Shown one piece after another: positions 27,210-38,704 of a stretch of DNA of 64,000 nt (the stretch's first letter is position 1; each line of letters starts with the position of its first letter). The translations under genes were made by a program, and so were the position numbers. Location of the stretch: positions 32,001 to 96,000 of the forward strand of contig BTWA01000017.1 of the NCBI GenBank assembly GCA_045863295.1, in the 5' to 3' direction. Source of the stretch: Candidatus Hydrogenedentota bacterium. GTDB lineage: Bacteria; Hydrogenedentota; Hydrogenedentia; Hydrogenedentales; SLHB01. The notes under the pieces were generated by a model. It made no database searches. It had not been told where the DNA came from and saw nothing but the letters and a program-made list of their open reading frames with translations.

Positions 27210-30200
27210 TTACTCAGCATTCGCCAGTGACGCCACCTCAGATGCAGTCGCGGTGGCAGGCGCCGAGGCGGTGAGTCCGTCACCGCCTTCCAATGGCGCG
27301 AGAAAGAATTCCCAGTCCGCACCCCGGTTAACAAGTTTGATCACCACCGTATTGACTCCCTGCTGCAACGTTGCTTTGAATCGTTCCTGATCCGGGACTG
27401 CGGCTGTGCCCTGCAATCGTTCGAAGACTTTCTTTCCATTGACCCAGACGCGAGGCAGATCGTCGGCTCCAAACGAGAATGTGACTTCGCGGGCATCCGG
27501 CGATTGGATGGTGGTCACTGCGTAGGCTAGTTTATTCTCTCGCGATTCGTCGTCGAGCCCCAAGGCCTTGTCAATTTCTATGGCTCGAACCACGTCCGTT
27601 GGCGAAACGATTGCGGAACTCGACGCGTCGGATACGCCGGACTCAATCAAGCCTTTTTCCAATTCGGGAATGTAATCCAGCGGCGATCCTTCCAAGCCTG
27701 TCTCGGAGACGTCGAAGGGACCCATGACCACCCAATTTTCGACCATGCGATCCCACAGGGCCGCTTCCTCCGCTTCGACGCCGGTCAACCCCGCGGCAGT
27801 GGCTACTGCTGCCGCCGAATCCGCCGCGCCTGCCTTTTCCGCAAGCGCGCTGTAAAAGCCGACGAGATCCGAACCGCGGTCGTGCGCAGGTTTCTCAGCG
27901 ATTGCGGCGAGAATCACTTCCTTGAGTTTGGGAAGTGATTCGGCCGACACCTTTTCGGCAATCGCATGGCGTGCGTTCGTAGCCTGTGCATCTCCCAGGG
28001 GGATAAGTTGCACGTAATACCGCATTGCCTCGGGAAGACTGGTTTCGCATTCCAGTTTCACGGCACTCAACAGGGCTTCGTTGCGCGCACTTTGCCCGAA
28101 GCCTCCGTTCGCGATACGTTGATACAGACGCATCGCATCGTCGTGCCGGTGGTTTTCTTTGAACAGGTTGGACATCTCGGCCGCTTGCTGCTCGGTCAGA
28201 ACGGGCGATTCTATTAAGGCGGCCAATTCAGCAAGGCTTTCGTCCGAGGCGCCTTCGTGCGCCTTGAACAAGCTTTCATAGCACGCCAACTGCTGTTCGT
28301 ATGGCACATTGGCGCGCAAGAGGTCGAGAAAGGCTTGCTTTTGTTCGGGCGAGCCTGCCTTGGCATAGGCCACCAGGATCTTCGTCTGTGTGGTCCAGGC
28401 CCCAGGTTGACGCGACAACAATTTTTCGAACGCCGCAAGCGCACCGGCAGGATCACCTGCATCGACAAAGCCAGTTCCCAGCAACGCCAATTCCCCATTA
28501 TTGAGCTGAGGCGCGCCCGCCGCCTTGCGCAACCATTCCAGCGCGGCGCCGGGATCGTCCAGATCGATGAGCGCGAGTGCCAGCTTGATTTGCGCCACGC
28601 TTCTTTCCACGGGTAATGCCGTTACCGCGGCTCGCGCCGCTTGGGCGCTGTCCTTTGCTTTGCGACTCGCCCGATTGCTGAAGCCACAGACCATGGCGGT
28701 TACCGCGCCTGGAGTAGGCGCGGCGCTCACCGCAGCGAGGGCGGCGTCAAAATTTGCTGGATTCTGTGCGATGGCTTGTCCTACGGTATCGGCAAGATCA
28801 CTCGCGCGCCTATCAGGAATCTGTTGCATGGCGGTTTCGAGTGCGGCAAACGCGTTGGCGGCATCGCCCATTTCCAGATGGGCCTGTACAAGCGCGATAT
28901 GAAATTGTTCGCCTGCCGGATCGATTGAAATGCCCTTTTGGGCGGCCGCGATGGCAACGTCATACAACTTTTCCGAAACCAGCCAACGGACGAACGATTC
29001 CGGGTTTAACTCCTCTGTGGCTTCCGCCGCAACGCGAATGGCATCTTCGCCGCGCCCCAATTTGGCATAGCACCGGGCAAGAGAGGCCTTTGTGCCGCTG
29101 TAGGCGCGCGAGAGCGTGGATGCCCTTTCGAGGTACGGCAAGGCCTGTTCATAGCGTTTCTGCTCGATAAGCAGTTGGGCGATGCTCTGGCTGGCATTGG
29201 CATCCTTGGCCCATGCGTACAGTTCAGTAAGCGTTTTCACAGCGTCTTCAGGCCGCTGAATGTTGAAATACGTTTGTGCGAGTTCGATCGTAGCGCTCAC
29301 TTCGGCCTGTGTATTCGTGGCCACGCTCAGGTCGGACGTCAACGCCAGTTCTTCTTCGTACCGTCCTTGCGCGTGTAACGCACCAACCAACCCCTGTCGC
29401 GCCTGACTTTCAAACCGGTTTTTGTCAAGTACCGTTTTATAGAGTTCGATGGCGCGGTCATAGTTCCCAATTTGCGAGTTTAATCGCGCACATGCCAGTA
29501 CGAGAGGCGTCATGGGATTGGGGTCTTCGAAAATGCGCGCCTCGAGTGGCCCGTAGAACTTGCGCAGATTAAACTTACCGCCCATGCGATCGGCGATCCG
29601 GTTGACGTAGTAATCACGGTTGTAGCGGTCGCCGTATCGGAGGAACTTCCAAGCATGATCAATGATCGCGTTTGGATCGCCTTCCTGCAAACAGAGGTCC
29701 GCATATGCTTCACTAGAGCCTTGCCATTGATCCAGAAATCCTTCGTCTTTATTGGCCATGAAAAGGGCGTAGGCTTCCGAATACAAGGCTTTCTGCGTCA
29801 GGAATTCGTAGTAGGCGCTGAACGAATTTGCATCTTTTGAGCGATCGAACAGCTCTTTGTACGCAGATTTTGCCGCCTCGATGTTGCCCATAGAGGCTTC
29901 AAGCCCGGCGAAGTGCAGGATCGTCTGATCTTTCAAGGACGGGTCGACGGTTTGCAGCGCGCTTTCCTTCAACGTAAGAATCTGTTTCCAGCGGCCCACC
30001 TGCTGCAGAAAAGTTGTGTACACCGGCCCGCGCTCTGCCAAGCGTTGAGGATACCATGCTTGAAACAGTGCATCGGCATCTTCCACACGACCCAGCGAAA
30101 CCAGGCAATTGGCATACTGCTGCACATACGCGCCGTTATCCTTGTCCAGTTCCACCGCTTTTGCGAATAGAGGCGCGGCCGCTTCGAAATTGTCTTCGCG

Positions 30201-33200
30201 CACGTGATTGTCGGCCATCATTACGAGCAGTGCAGTATTCTCGGGGTCCTTTTCCAGCAGGGGTTGGAGGAATTCCCGGCACCGGACGGTGTCGTCCTTC
30301 ATGGAATTGAGAATGGCTTTCAGGAATTCAGCAGAAGTGCCTTTAATGGGCTGGGCTTTCAATTCTTCTACTGCATGGGCGAAGCCCTTTCCAAGTGCGT
30401 ATCCGCGTGCCGCAATTTGATCCATTTCACGCGCCACCCATTCTTCGGCGATTGCGGCCTTTCGGTTGTTCGTATAGTAGTCTTCCGCTTCCTCCCAGAG
30501 GCCATGATGCACAAGCTGTTGCATGACTTCGCGGTATCCGTATGCGCCACCGTATCGTTGTGCATACTTTTTCCATTCTTCATACGCCTTGACGCGATCG
30601 CCGGCGGCGAGATACATCAGTGGCAGGCGATCGCCCCAGTAGTTCGCGTTCTGACCAGACTTTTCAATCAAGGCGAGTACGGCTGCCGGGTCGGCTTGGA
30701 GCTCGGACATTTCCACCAGTTGATTGACCACGTTTTGATCTTGTCCGCGGGTCATTAGGGACTCATAGATGGCACGGGCATCGTCAAATCTCTTTTCCAG
30801 TTTTGCGATGCCGGCATCCACGGCAAGGGCGATCTTGTCGGTGGCGTTCTTTTGCAGCGCCTCCGCGTTTTTTGTTTTCAACTCGTCCAGCTTGCCGGTG
30901 GCTCGATAGAGTCCCGCCATTTGATCGACGGCATAGTAGTCGACCCAACCTTGCGCCCGGGAAACCGGCGAGTCCATCCATGCGACATAGGTGGCCAGGG
31001 CTTCCTCAATCCGGCCGGCACTGACGTAGGTTTGGGCCAACTCCGATTTGTAATACGTTTGCGTTGGAGCGAGCTTGGCGGCTTTTTCGAGCAGTTCGAT
31101 AGCCTGATTGTAATCGCCCTCCTCCCGGAAGCGCCACGCCAATTCCTGCATTTGATCGGGGGTGGTCGCTTTGGCCACCATGGTCTTTTCCATTTCGTCG
31201 AGTTGTTCGCCCTTGCCCATCCTCTGATACAAATCGCGCACGCTCCAGCTGACGCGGGAGTACATGGAAGGCGTCTTTTTGATCATGTCTTCGTACATGG
31301 CGAGGGCCTCGTCGAACCGGCCCTTATTGGTAAGCAATTGCGCCACTGTCATTTTCGCTTCGGCATAGTTGGGCCGCTTGTCGATGAGTTTCTGCCACAC
31401 CTCCATGGCCTTATCAACTTCGTTGTTCATGCTGTATAAAGAGGCCAGATGGCGGTGAATCTCTATCGAGCCAGGCTGTTTTGCCAGGCGGTCTTCGAAC
31501 TCGGCGATCAGCTCGGGTGTGCGGCCGGCCGCAGCCATATATTGGTGCAAGCGCTGCAAGATTTGGTCGGTACCCTGAGGGCCGCCACCCATATTTGCGT
31601 AGTAGACGCCACCGTAGGAGGTGTAATAGTAGGAGTTGCTCCGGGCCGTGCCCTGGATGCGCCTGTCCCAGGCTTCACGTGCGAGTTCAATGGCCTTGTC
31701 GAGGTTATCTTCTTCGCTATACAGTTCGGCGAGCAGCGAGAGCGCGTCGCTGTTGCGGCTTAACCCGGACAGATGTTCCTCCAGCAACGACTTGGTAATT
31801 TCCTTCTCCCCCGCAGTACGGAACTGGTTAATGCCTTCCATGATTTGCGCAGGGGGCAGGCCACGCTGCATAAGCGCGCGCATTCCTTCGGCGGCTTTCG
31901 CATAGTCGCCCGCGCGAATGTTCACCGCGATTCTGGCACGCGTCGCCTCGCGCGTAGTGCTGGGGTAGCGGTTTTCGACCTCGTCGTACAATGACAGCAT
32001 GGCCGGGTGGTCGTTTTGCAACTCGGCGATAGCCAGTTTGAGGTTGTACCATTCGACGTCATCCATGCCGGCTTGATGAAAATCATCCAACGCCTTTGCG
32101 GCGAGGTCATACTCGCTTTTTCCGATGTGGTGGGCGATCAAAAACTTGCCCATGGCCCATGCGCGGTCGCGTTCATCGGTGGAGCTTGCGTTTGCAAACT
32201 GCCCGGCGGAAGCCTGGAACTTGGCCAGTGTGGCCGTGCTTACCGATTCGTCCGGCATAGCCAGCAACTCCGCGGCGGCGGTTTGAACAAAGCTACTCGA
32301 GCTTCGCATGACGCCGGCGCTGCTCAGGGCGCTGAATACGCGTCGTGAGCCGGAGTAACGTTGAATCATGGATGCGATGCCTTCCGGGCGCGACACATAC
32401 AAACTGGCCTGCCGCCGGCTACCGTAGTTCATCTGGCCCTGATCGCCGTGTTCGAGCACGTCCTGATAAATCTTTACGGCTTCTGTCATGTCGCCGGTCT
32501 GATTGTGTATGGAGGCGAGCTGTATGAGTGGCGAGTACTTGTACCGCGGCTCCAACGTTTCAATGGCTGTTCTCAGCGTTTTGGCTTCTTCCATCAAACC
32601 TTGTTGTTGATACGAAGACAGTAGACTGGAGACGACGGTTGGATCGTCTTTGAACTCAGTCAAGACGATTTGTGCCAGTTCTTTTGCCTTGTTCAGCTGT
32701 TGCGACTGGAAGTAGAGCGGCAGGATCGCCATAAGCGTATCTTTGCGCTTGATTGGCTGGAGCTCCGCCACGCGCGTCAACGTATCGATCGAACGCTGAT
32801 AGTCGGCCATCTGCACGTAAAGGGCGGCCACCCATTCCAGAAGTTGAATGTCGTCGGCATGGGTGGCGAGCAGCGCTTCGATTTCCTTGGTCGATTCTTC
32901 GGGGCGATTTGCGGCGCGTAGTGCCACAACAAGGTCTTTACGCACTTCGTAGTTGGACGGATTTTCTTCGACCTTCTTTTTAAATCCTTCGAGTAACGCG
33001 TCGATTCCAATGGAATTGTCGGCCATGGCCACCATGGTCGTAACGATTTCGGGCCGGAAATCCGCGAAGGATCCGGAAAAGCCGCGACCGCCGCTGGAGT
33101 AATACCCGCCCTGCATCGCGTAGCGGATGTTGCGATAGGCGCCTCCGCTTCCTCGCTGCAGAGTCTTGACTTTCTTTTCTTTGCTCGCTTCTTCTTCCTG

Positions 33201-36074
33201 CTTCTGCTTGGTGTCTCCGGCATCGAGCAAGAGTTGAAGTTGTTCCAGTGCCTTATCGGTCTGCGATCCTCTCGACAGGTCCTGTGCGTACTCGAAGCGT
33301 AGACGGATATTCAACGGATCGAGGTCGACGGCTTTCGCTTTTGCGACCAAGGCCTCTTCGGTGAATCCCGCGCTGCTCATCGCCCGTGCAAGGGTGATGT
33401 ACGACTTGGGATCATCCGGACTCTCTTCGACAATCTTATTCCAGGTTTCGCGGGCTTTCTCTTGTTCACCCAGCTGCGCGTAGACGTTTCCCAGTCGTTC
33501 GAATTCCTGGGCCGTGGGCTTTCCAGACATAGCAAGAAGCTGTTCGTAATAGGAAACGACCTTAGGCAAGTCCTGTGCGTCATGCGCGGTGCGCACCAAG
33601 GCCTGAAGGGCAGGCGCTTTGTCATCCACGGCTTCGAGCCCTGTTTCCAGCGCTTCAAGGGCGGCGGCATTGTTGGCTTGGTTCAATTGAACCGCGGCCA
33701 AGTCCTCATACGCGGCCAGTTTCTTGGGGGTGTTTCGAATACGCTCGCGCAATTCACGAATGAACTCATCAATGGTGCCCTGTTGCTGATACAGACCGGC
33801 AAGCCTGACGATGGCAGTTCTTCTTGTCTGATCCTCCTGGGCAACGGAGAGCATCTTGCGAAACGCCTCCATGGCTTCACCGTATCGCCGGTCTTGCATA
33901 AGGGCGTCGCCGTATTGGCGAAAGTAATCGGGTTCGTCGGGTTCGAGCCGGAGGGCATAGCGGTATTGCTCCAATGCCTTTTCCATCTCGCGGTAATTCT
34001 GGTACACCTGTGCAAGATCGAGTCGTGCCTCAGGATCGGCCGGGGCGGTTTCCACTACCTTTTGCGCGGTGGCCAGGGCTTCTTCGCGCAGGTCTGCCTC
34101 CATGTAGATTGATAGCAATTCGCGGTAGTAGCCGCCAGCCCGATCCTTTTCTTTTTCGATCAGGATCTTGTACGAGTCTATGGCTTCCTGGGTTTGTTTG
34201 TTTGTACGATAGGCCGAGGCCAACGTGCGTTGGTGATCCATGTTCTCGGGATCCAGTTCCGCGCAGCGTTCGTACAGGCTGATCGCTTTTGGCCGATCGC
34301 CCAAACGTTCAAACATTCGGCCCAGCCGGGCCAGCCTGACGGGATCGGTCGCATCGGACTGGACTTCCAGTTCCCACTCTTCCTGCTTTTGTTTGAGCAT
34401 ATCGAGTTTGGCATACACGTCGAGCAAACCCCGTTCGCCCTGATCTTGCAGATAGTCGTTCTCGGTCAGGGCCGAGAGTTTCTCGAAGAGAGGCAAGGCT
34501 TCTTCGGCTCGCTCCTGCCGCATTTGGTTGCGGGCGAGGGCGAGGGCGTACTCCATGTTCCCGGCGTCCTTCTCCATGGCCTTGGCCAACAAAGGTTCCG
34601 CCTTCTCCGTCTGGTTGAATGATTCAAGTATTCCCGCCACCTCCGCATAGTCGGCGGCGGGACTGGTGGCCTCATCCAGCGTGCCTGTCCAGATGGCAAT
34701 TGCGGCCTCTTCATCGCCCTTTTCAAACTTCAGCCCAGCAAGTCTGAAACTCCATTCCTTGTTCTTGTTCGATTGCAGCGCAGTTTCATACGCAGCGATG
34801 GCTTCATCCGGGAAATCGTATTCTTCGTACCATTCGGCGAGGAGGGCTTGCCCTTCGGGTGACGGGTCGATTGCCGTGATCCGTTGCCACGTGGTTTTGG
34901 CCAGGTCGGGGTTCTTACTCTGGAGATGAAATTCGCCAATTCTGCGGATGTAGTCGGGTTCAGACGGAAAGAGCTCAATCAGCTTTTCATACGTGGCGGC
35001 GACCGCCTCGCCCTTGCCTTGCCTCTGGTGGAGGGCGAGCAGATTCTCGTAGGCGCCGCTACGTTTGGGATCGCGTTCGAGTATCTGATTGTACTCCGCC
35101 TCGGCCATGTCGAACCGGTTCATGCGCGTATACGTCTCGGCAAGGAGATCGCGCATTTCGATGTCGCCCGGCGCGATTGCGAGGCGTGCCAACACGTAGT
35201 CGGCGAGGCCTTGCAGGTCTCCCATATCCTGATACACCCCCACAAGGCGCTGCTTGATGTCCTCAAAGAGCCAATTTCCGGGGGCTACCAGTTCCAGGGC
35301 CTTTTCGTATGTGGCTACTGCCTCGGTGTATTTTTCCTGTTGCACGTAGGACTGCCCAATGGAACGCAGGGACCGGCACTGCCTGTAGGGGTCATCCTGG
35401 GAGATAGAAGCCAGATGCGTATACGTTGCGATGGCCTCATCCCACATACGGTTCTCTTCGTAAATGGCGGCTAGCTCAAGCAGTGCAAAGGCATCGTTTT
35501 GATCCAACTCAGTGAGTCTGCGCCACGCGGCGATGGCCTGGTCAGTATTGCCTTGCCGTTGATACAGCGTGCCAAGCAGCCGGCATATCTTTCCCCGTTG
35601 ATCGGAGTCTTGTGTGGCGTCCAGGGCGGCGGAAAGCAATTCGATGGCGCCCTCATCGTTGCCGATATCGTAGTAGACCGTTCCGAGCAACTGCTTGAAT
35701 TCAGGACGGTCCTCGCCCTGTGATCGGGCCTTTTCAAGCACCTCGATAGCTTCTTTGTTTTTGAATTGGCGCGCGTACACTCGACCCAGGAGGATCAGGT
35801 GGGGCGTGTTGGGTTGCGCGGTTTCGCTTTCGGCCTTCAGCTTTTCGATCCAGGGGTCAATGCCCTCGTATGCCAAGTAGCTTTCGTAAATGCGGTCGAA
35901 GGCTTGATCCTGCAGGGGACTTCTCAGAAGCGCTTTCTCGTACCGGTCGCGAATCTGGCGGTCGCGATCCGTGATCTCAGCACTAACGGGGGCCGATACG
36001 GAGGAGTTTTCCTCCTGGGCAATGGCCGTCCACGGCGTGAATGCGGCGAGAATCAGCGGAATGATTTTTCGCAT
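27210..36074 (-). CDS. Giant secreted TPR-repeat protein (~2950 aa) with a C-terminal beta-sandwich (PA14-like) domain
   Basis: Signal peptide MRKIIPLILAAFTPWTAIA, dozens of TPR units (AxxxYxxxLxxxP), and a C-terminus with WVVMGPF...GADDLPRVWVNG...LQQGVNTVVIKL. Confidence 0.88.
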   Translation of the reverse strand: MRKIIPLILAAFTPWTAIAQEENSSVSAPVSAEITDRDRQIRDRYEKALLRSPLQDQAFDRIYESYLAYEGIDPWIEKLKAESETAQPNTPHLILLGRVYARQFKNKEAIEVLEKARSQGEDRPEFKQLLGTVYYDIGNDEGAIELLSAALDATQDSDQRGKICRLLGTLYQRQGNTDQAIAAWRRLTELDQNDAFALLELAAIYEENRMWDEAIATYTHLASISQDDPYRQCRSLRSIGQSYVQQEKYTEAVATYEKALELVAPGNWLFEDIKQRLVGVYQDMGDLQGLADYVLARLAIAPGDIEMRDLLAETYTRMNRFDMAEAEYNQILERDPKRSGAYENLLALHQRQGKGEAVAATYEKLIELFPSEPDYIRRIGEFHLQSKNPDLAKTTWQRITAIDPSPEGQALLAEWYEEYDFPDEAIAAYETALQSNKNKEWSFRLAGLKFEKGDEEAAIAIWTGTLDEATSPAADYAEVAGILESFNQTEKAEPLLAKAMEKDAGNMEYALALARNQMRQERAEEALPLFEKLSALTENDYLQDQGERGLLDVYAKLDMLKQKQEEWELEVQSDATDPVRLARLGRMFERLGDRPKAISLYERCAELDPENMDHQRTLASAYRTNKQTQEAIDSYKILIEKEKDRAGGYYRELLSIYMEADLREEALATAQKVVETAPADPEARLDLAQVYQNYREMEKALEQYRYALRLEPDEPDYFRQYGDALMQDRRYGEAMEAFRKMLSVAQEDQTRRTAIVRLAGLYQQQGTIDEFIRELRERIRNTPKKLAAYEDLAAVQLNQANNAAALEALETGLEAVDDKAPALQALVRTAHDAQDLPKVVSYYEQLLAMSGKPTAQEFERLGNVYAQLGEQEKARETWNKIVEESPDDPKSYITLARAMSSAGFTEEALVAKAKAVDLDPLNIRLRFEYAQDLSRGSQTDKALEQLQLLLDAGDTKQKQEEEASKEKKVKTLQRGSGGAYRNIRYAMQGGYYSSGGRGFSGSFADFRPEIVTTMVAMADNSIGIDALLEGFKKKVEENPSNYEVRKDLVVALRAANRPEESTKEIEALLATHADDIQLLEWVAALYVQMADYQRSIDTLTRVAELQPIKRKDTLMAILPLYFQSQQLNKAKELAQIVLTEFKDDPTVVSSLLSSYQQQGLMEEAKTLRTAIETLEPRYKYSPLIQLASIHNQTGDMTEAVKIYQDVLEHGDQGQMNYGSRRQASLYVSRPEGIASMIQRYSGSRRVFSALSSAGVMRSSSSFVQTAAAELLAMPDESVSTATLAKFQASAGQFANASSTDERDRAWAMGKFLIAHHIGKSEYDLAAKALDDFHQAGMDDVEWYNLKLAIAELQNDHPAMLSLYDEVENRYPSTTREATRARIAVNIRAGDYAKAAEGMRALMQRGLPPAQIMEGINQFRTAGEKEITKSLLEEHLSGLSRNSDALSLLAELYSEEDNLDKAIELAREAWDRRIQGTARSNSYYYTSYGGVYYANMGGGPQGTDQILQRLHQYMAAAGRTPELIAEFEDRLAKQPGSIEIHRHLASLYSMNNEVDKAMEVWQKLIDKRPNYAEAKMTVAQLLTNKGRFDEALAMYEDMIKKTPSMYSRVSWSVRDLYQRMGKGEQLDEMEKTMVAKATTPDQMQELAWRFREEGDYNQAIELLEKAAKLAPTQTYYKSELAQTYVSAGRIEEALATYVAWMDSPVSRAQGWVDYYAVDQMAGLYRATGKLDELKTKNAEALQKNATDKIALAVDAGIAKLEKRFDDARAIYESLMTRGQDQNVVNQLVEMSELQADPAAVLALIEKSGQNANYWGDRLPLMYLAAGDRVKAYEEWKKYAQRYGGAYGYREVMQQLVHHGLWEEAEDYYTNNRKAAIAEEWVAREMDQIAARGYALGKGFAHAVEELKAQPIKGTSAEFLKAILNSMKDDTVRCREFLQPLLEKDPENTALLVMMADNHVREDNFEAAAPLFAKAVELDKDNGAYVQQYANCLVSLGRVEDADALFQAWYPQRLAERGPVYTTFLQQVGRWKQILTLKESALQTVDPSLKDQTILHFAGLEASMGNIEAAKSAYKELFDRSKDANSFSAYYEFLTQKALYSEAYALFMANKDEGFLDQWQGSSEAYADLCLQEGDPNAIIDHAWKFLRYGDRYNRDYYVNRIADRMGGKFNLRKFYGPLEARIFEDPNPMTPLVLACARLNSQIGNYDRAIELYKTVLDKNRFESQARQGLVGALHAQGRYEEELALTSDLSVATNTQAEVSATIELAQTYFNIQRPEDAVKTLTELYAWAKDANASQSIAQLLIEQKRYEQALPYLERASTLSRAYSGTKASLARCYAKLGRGEDAIRVAAEATEELNPESFVRWLVSEKLYDVAIAAAQKGISIDPAGEQFHIALVQAHLEMGDAANAFAALETAMQQIPDRRASDLADTVGQAIAQNPANFDAALAAVSAAPTPGAVTAMVCGFSNRASRKAKDSAQAARAAVTALPVERSVAQIKLALALIDLDDPGAALEWLRKAAGAPQLNNGELALLGTGFVDAGDPAGALAAFEKLLSRQPGAWTTQTKILVAYAKAGSPEQKQAFLDLLRANVPYEQQLACYESLFKAHEGASDESLAELAALIESPVLTEQQAAEMSNLFKENHRHDDAMRLYQRIANGGFGQSARNEALLSAVKLECETSLPEAMRYYVQLIPLGDAQATNARHAIAEKVSAESLPKLKEVILAAIAEKPAHDRGSDLVGFYSALAEKAGAADSAAAVATAAGLTGVEAEEAALWDRMVENWVVMGPFDVSETGLEGSPLDYIPELEKGLIESGVSDASSSAIVSPTDVVRAIEIDKALGLDDESRENKLAYAVTTIQSPDAREVTFSFGADDLPRVWVNGKKVFERLQGTAAVPDQERFKATLQQGVNTVVIKLVNRGADWEFFLAPLEGGDGLTASAPATATASEVASLANAE

Positions 36075-36091
36075 GGTATTTTCTCTCCGTT

Positions 36092-38698
36092 TCAACCATA
36101 GCGCTGCGGCGGCCCAAACAGCCGCAAGCCCGCCAGGTCGAATCTGCGCAAAGCCACGTCAAGCACGAATATCATCACGGCAGCCAAGAGCAGCCACGGT
36201 GCGATGCGTCTCCGCACCACGACCGCTTCTTCTGGCGCGACGCGAAAGACTTCTTCCACGGTAGGGTTGTAGGTGCCGCCCGTAACCTCGGCAAGCTGTC
36301 GCAAGAAGGATTCATTGGTTGAAAGGTGCCGGTACTCTGGCTTGTATGAAACGGTGATGCCTCGTGTGAAGTCAGATACGACTTGCTCTTCCTGTTCACC
36401 GGTTTCGTTGGTCACCATGCGAGTTTGCCGTAGTTTAAGCAAGTAGCTGCCCGTTTCTGAGATGGGCACATCTGTTTCGTATCGACCAGGGCCGCGCTGA
36501 TCCAGTGGCAGTTCGGCGACGCTCAAATCCGGCTTAATAATCTGCGCCGTCGTTGTCAAGTTGTTGACGAAGTTGCCGTCGTCGTCAAAGTTGTCCACGG
36601 AGACCTCAGCGCGATCGGGACGGATGGCAATGTCCGTCTGCGCCCCAAGGCTGGAGGTGGTACGCATTACATCGCGAACGACTTGTGCCCAGAACTTTCC
36701 GTAGCCGGGCCACCCGAGCCAGTCGCTCGCCCAACGGCTTTTCGCGTCGGATGTGAATGCGGCGGTCTTGCCCAGGCCAAATCGCCATCCCGCGAGAAGC
36801 GGATCGCCCCGTTCTGTCGCCAATGTAACTTTTGCGGTGGATTTTGCGGTGGTCACAACGTACCCAAACAGGAAAGGCGATGAATCCCAATCAATGCCCT
36901 GGACCATTTGATCCTGTTGGAAGATTTGGGGGAGGAATGGTTCTTCAATAAGCGAAGATTTCGAGGCGGACATAGTCTCTTTGGTGAATATCTGCGGAAT
37001 ATCGTAGGGGTCGGCAGTGAAGTAATACCGGCCATTGCCCCATCGTGCGATATCCTGCAGGAGGACCGTATCCGCACCATCGCCCACGGCTACGGTGGAT
37101 ACGGTCATTTGCTCCGATGTCATCTGATCGACGATACCTTGGAAATCGCCGGGCTGCGATTGGCCGTCCGTCAACAGCACGACGTGCTTAAATGCGGCCG
37201 GCGCCAACGAAAGCGCGGTGTGGGCTTCGACCAGCCCCGGATAGATACTTGTGCCGCCGCCCGCTTCGATAGTCGATATGGTTTGGATTATCCCGGTCTT
37301 GTTGTCGGCGCTCTGAAGTTCAACAACCCAGTAGGGCTCGCCGTCGAATGCGACGACCCCCACTTGATCCTGGGGGCCGAGCAATTCGACTGCCGCGATG
37401 CCCGCTTCCTTAGCCAGTTCAATTTTCTCGCCATCCATGCTTCCAGATTTGTCAACGACGAGCATCATGGCGAGGCTGGGCGTGTCTTTTTTCTTTTCCG
37501 AGCGCATTCGCACGGGGAGGGCGTCTTCGATGGCTGTCCGATAGTACCCACCGAGGGCAAACGACTCTTCGCCGCCGATCATGATCATGCCTCCGCCGAG
37601 ATCTTCAACATAGGAGCGAAGCAGGTTCATTTGCCGGACATTGACGTCCGTTGCGGGTACATCGGAGAGAATTACCGCGTCGAACGCCGCGAGTTCATCG
37701 AGGCTACCGGGCATGCCTTTGCCTTCCCGCACTTCGACGGCGACGTCCTCTGCCTCGAGCGCGCGGGCGAGATAGCGCGCTTCGTTTTCCTGGCCTTCCA
37801 GCAATAATACGCGGGGTTGACCCGCCACGAATACAATGCCCGACGCCACATTGTTGTCCGCGAAGAAGTCCTTCTCCGTGGTCACGCGCAATTCATACTT
37901 GGTCAGGCCGTCGGTGGGATTGGTTTCGTCGAAGACGAGTTCGTTTTCGCCCTTCTTCAAGTCCAGTTGTTTCTCCTGAACCTTAAAACCGTTACGGTAC
38001 AGGGTGAACGCAGCTTGGCCTTCAACGGTCGAATGCGCGCGGGCAGATACGCTGAATGATTGTCCGCGCTTCACCTCGGCGGGGACTATCAAGTCTTCCA
38101 GCAGTACCTCATCCTTTTCATCGGATTGGTACGGCATCGTATAGATACGAATGCCGTGGGTAGCGCAAAGTTTTGCCGTTTCCATCGCGTTGCCGGTGGT
38201 TTCGTTGCCGTCGGAGATCAAGAGCACGCGATTGATGGTTCCCGTGGGCATGATTTCCCGGGCGCGTTGCAGGGCGCCGGCAATGGCCGTGTCGCCCCGG
38301 GCTTCCGGCTTTTGCAGCTTCTCAGGGAAGACGGGTTTGGGTTGAACGGGTACAACCGTTGTTGCTTCGTTGGAAAAGGTAATGAGTCCCGCCTGACCGG
38401 GGTTGGCGGCGCGATCGGCCACTTGCCTCAGAATCGCACTCGCTTGGTCGACGCCTTTTTGTGGAGCGCTATCGGAAAGGTCGGCCAATACAAGCACAGC
38501 CACATGTTGGCTCTTCCCCATAAACAACGTGTTGGCCAGCGCCAATACGATTAAGGCGATAGTAATGGCGCGGACGGCGGCCGTGATCCACAACTGGATG
38601 CGTGAACTGTCAATGAGCGTGTGCCGAAGCACTATGAGCAGTGCTGGAATGATGGCGAGACCGGCAAGCCATGCATGGGATTCAAAGTCGAATGGCAT
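36092..38698 (-). CDS. Membrane-anchored double vWA protein with a GATase1-like (DUF1355-like) domain
   Basis: MIDAS motifs DLSDS and DKSGS, LISDG/LLTDG, GGGMIMIGGEESFALGGY, and N- and C-terminal TM segments. Confidence 0.85.
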   Translation of the reverse strand: MPFDFESHAWLAGLAIIPALLIVLRHTLIDSSRIQLWITAAVRAITIALIVLALANTLFMGKSQHVAVLVLADLSDSAPQKGVDQASAILRQVADRAANPGQAGLITFSNEATTVVPVQPKPVFPEKLQKPEARGDTAIAGALQRAREIMPTGTINRVLLISDGNETTGNAMETAKLCATHGIRIYTMPYQSDEKDEVLLEDLIVPAEVKRGQSFSVSARAHSTVEGQAAFTLYRNGFKVQEKQLDLKKGENELVFDETNPTDGLTKYELRVTTEKDFFADNNVASGIVFVAGQPRVLLLEGQENEARYLARALEAEDVAVEVREGKGMPGSLDELAAFDAVILSDVPATDVNVRQMNLLRSYVEDLGGGMIMIGGEESFALGGYYRTAIEDALPVRMRSEKKKDTPSLAMMLVVDKSGSMDGEKIELAKEAGIAAVELLGPQDQVGVVAFDGEPYWVVELQSADNKTGIIQTISTIEAGGGTSIYPGLVEAHTALSLAPAAFKHVVLLTDGQSQPGDFQGIVDQMTSEQMTVSTVAVGDGADTVLLQDIARWGNGRYYFTADPYDIPQIFTKETMSASKSSLIEEPFLPQIFQQDQMVQGIDWDSSPFLFGYVVTTAKSTAKVTLATERGDPLLAGWRFGLGKTAAFTSDAKSRWASDWLGWPGYGKFWAQVVRDVMRTTSSLGAQTDIAIRPDRAEVSVDNFDDDGNFVNNLTTTAQIIKPDLSVAELPLDQRGPGRYETDVPISETGSYLLKLRQTRMVTNETGEQEEQVVSDFTRGITVSYKPEYRHLSTNESFLRQLAEVTGGTYNPTVEEVFRVAPEEAVVVRRRIAPWLLLAAVMIFVLDVALRRFDLAGLRLFGPPQRYG

Positions 38699-38704
38699 AC
38701 CGCA

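Noticed and set aside
27210..36074. CRISPR or nucleotide tandem repeat array
   Set aside because: Repetition is only at the protein (TPR) level. No identical spaced DNA repeats or cas genes were seen anywhere in the window.
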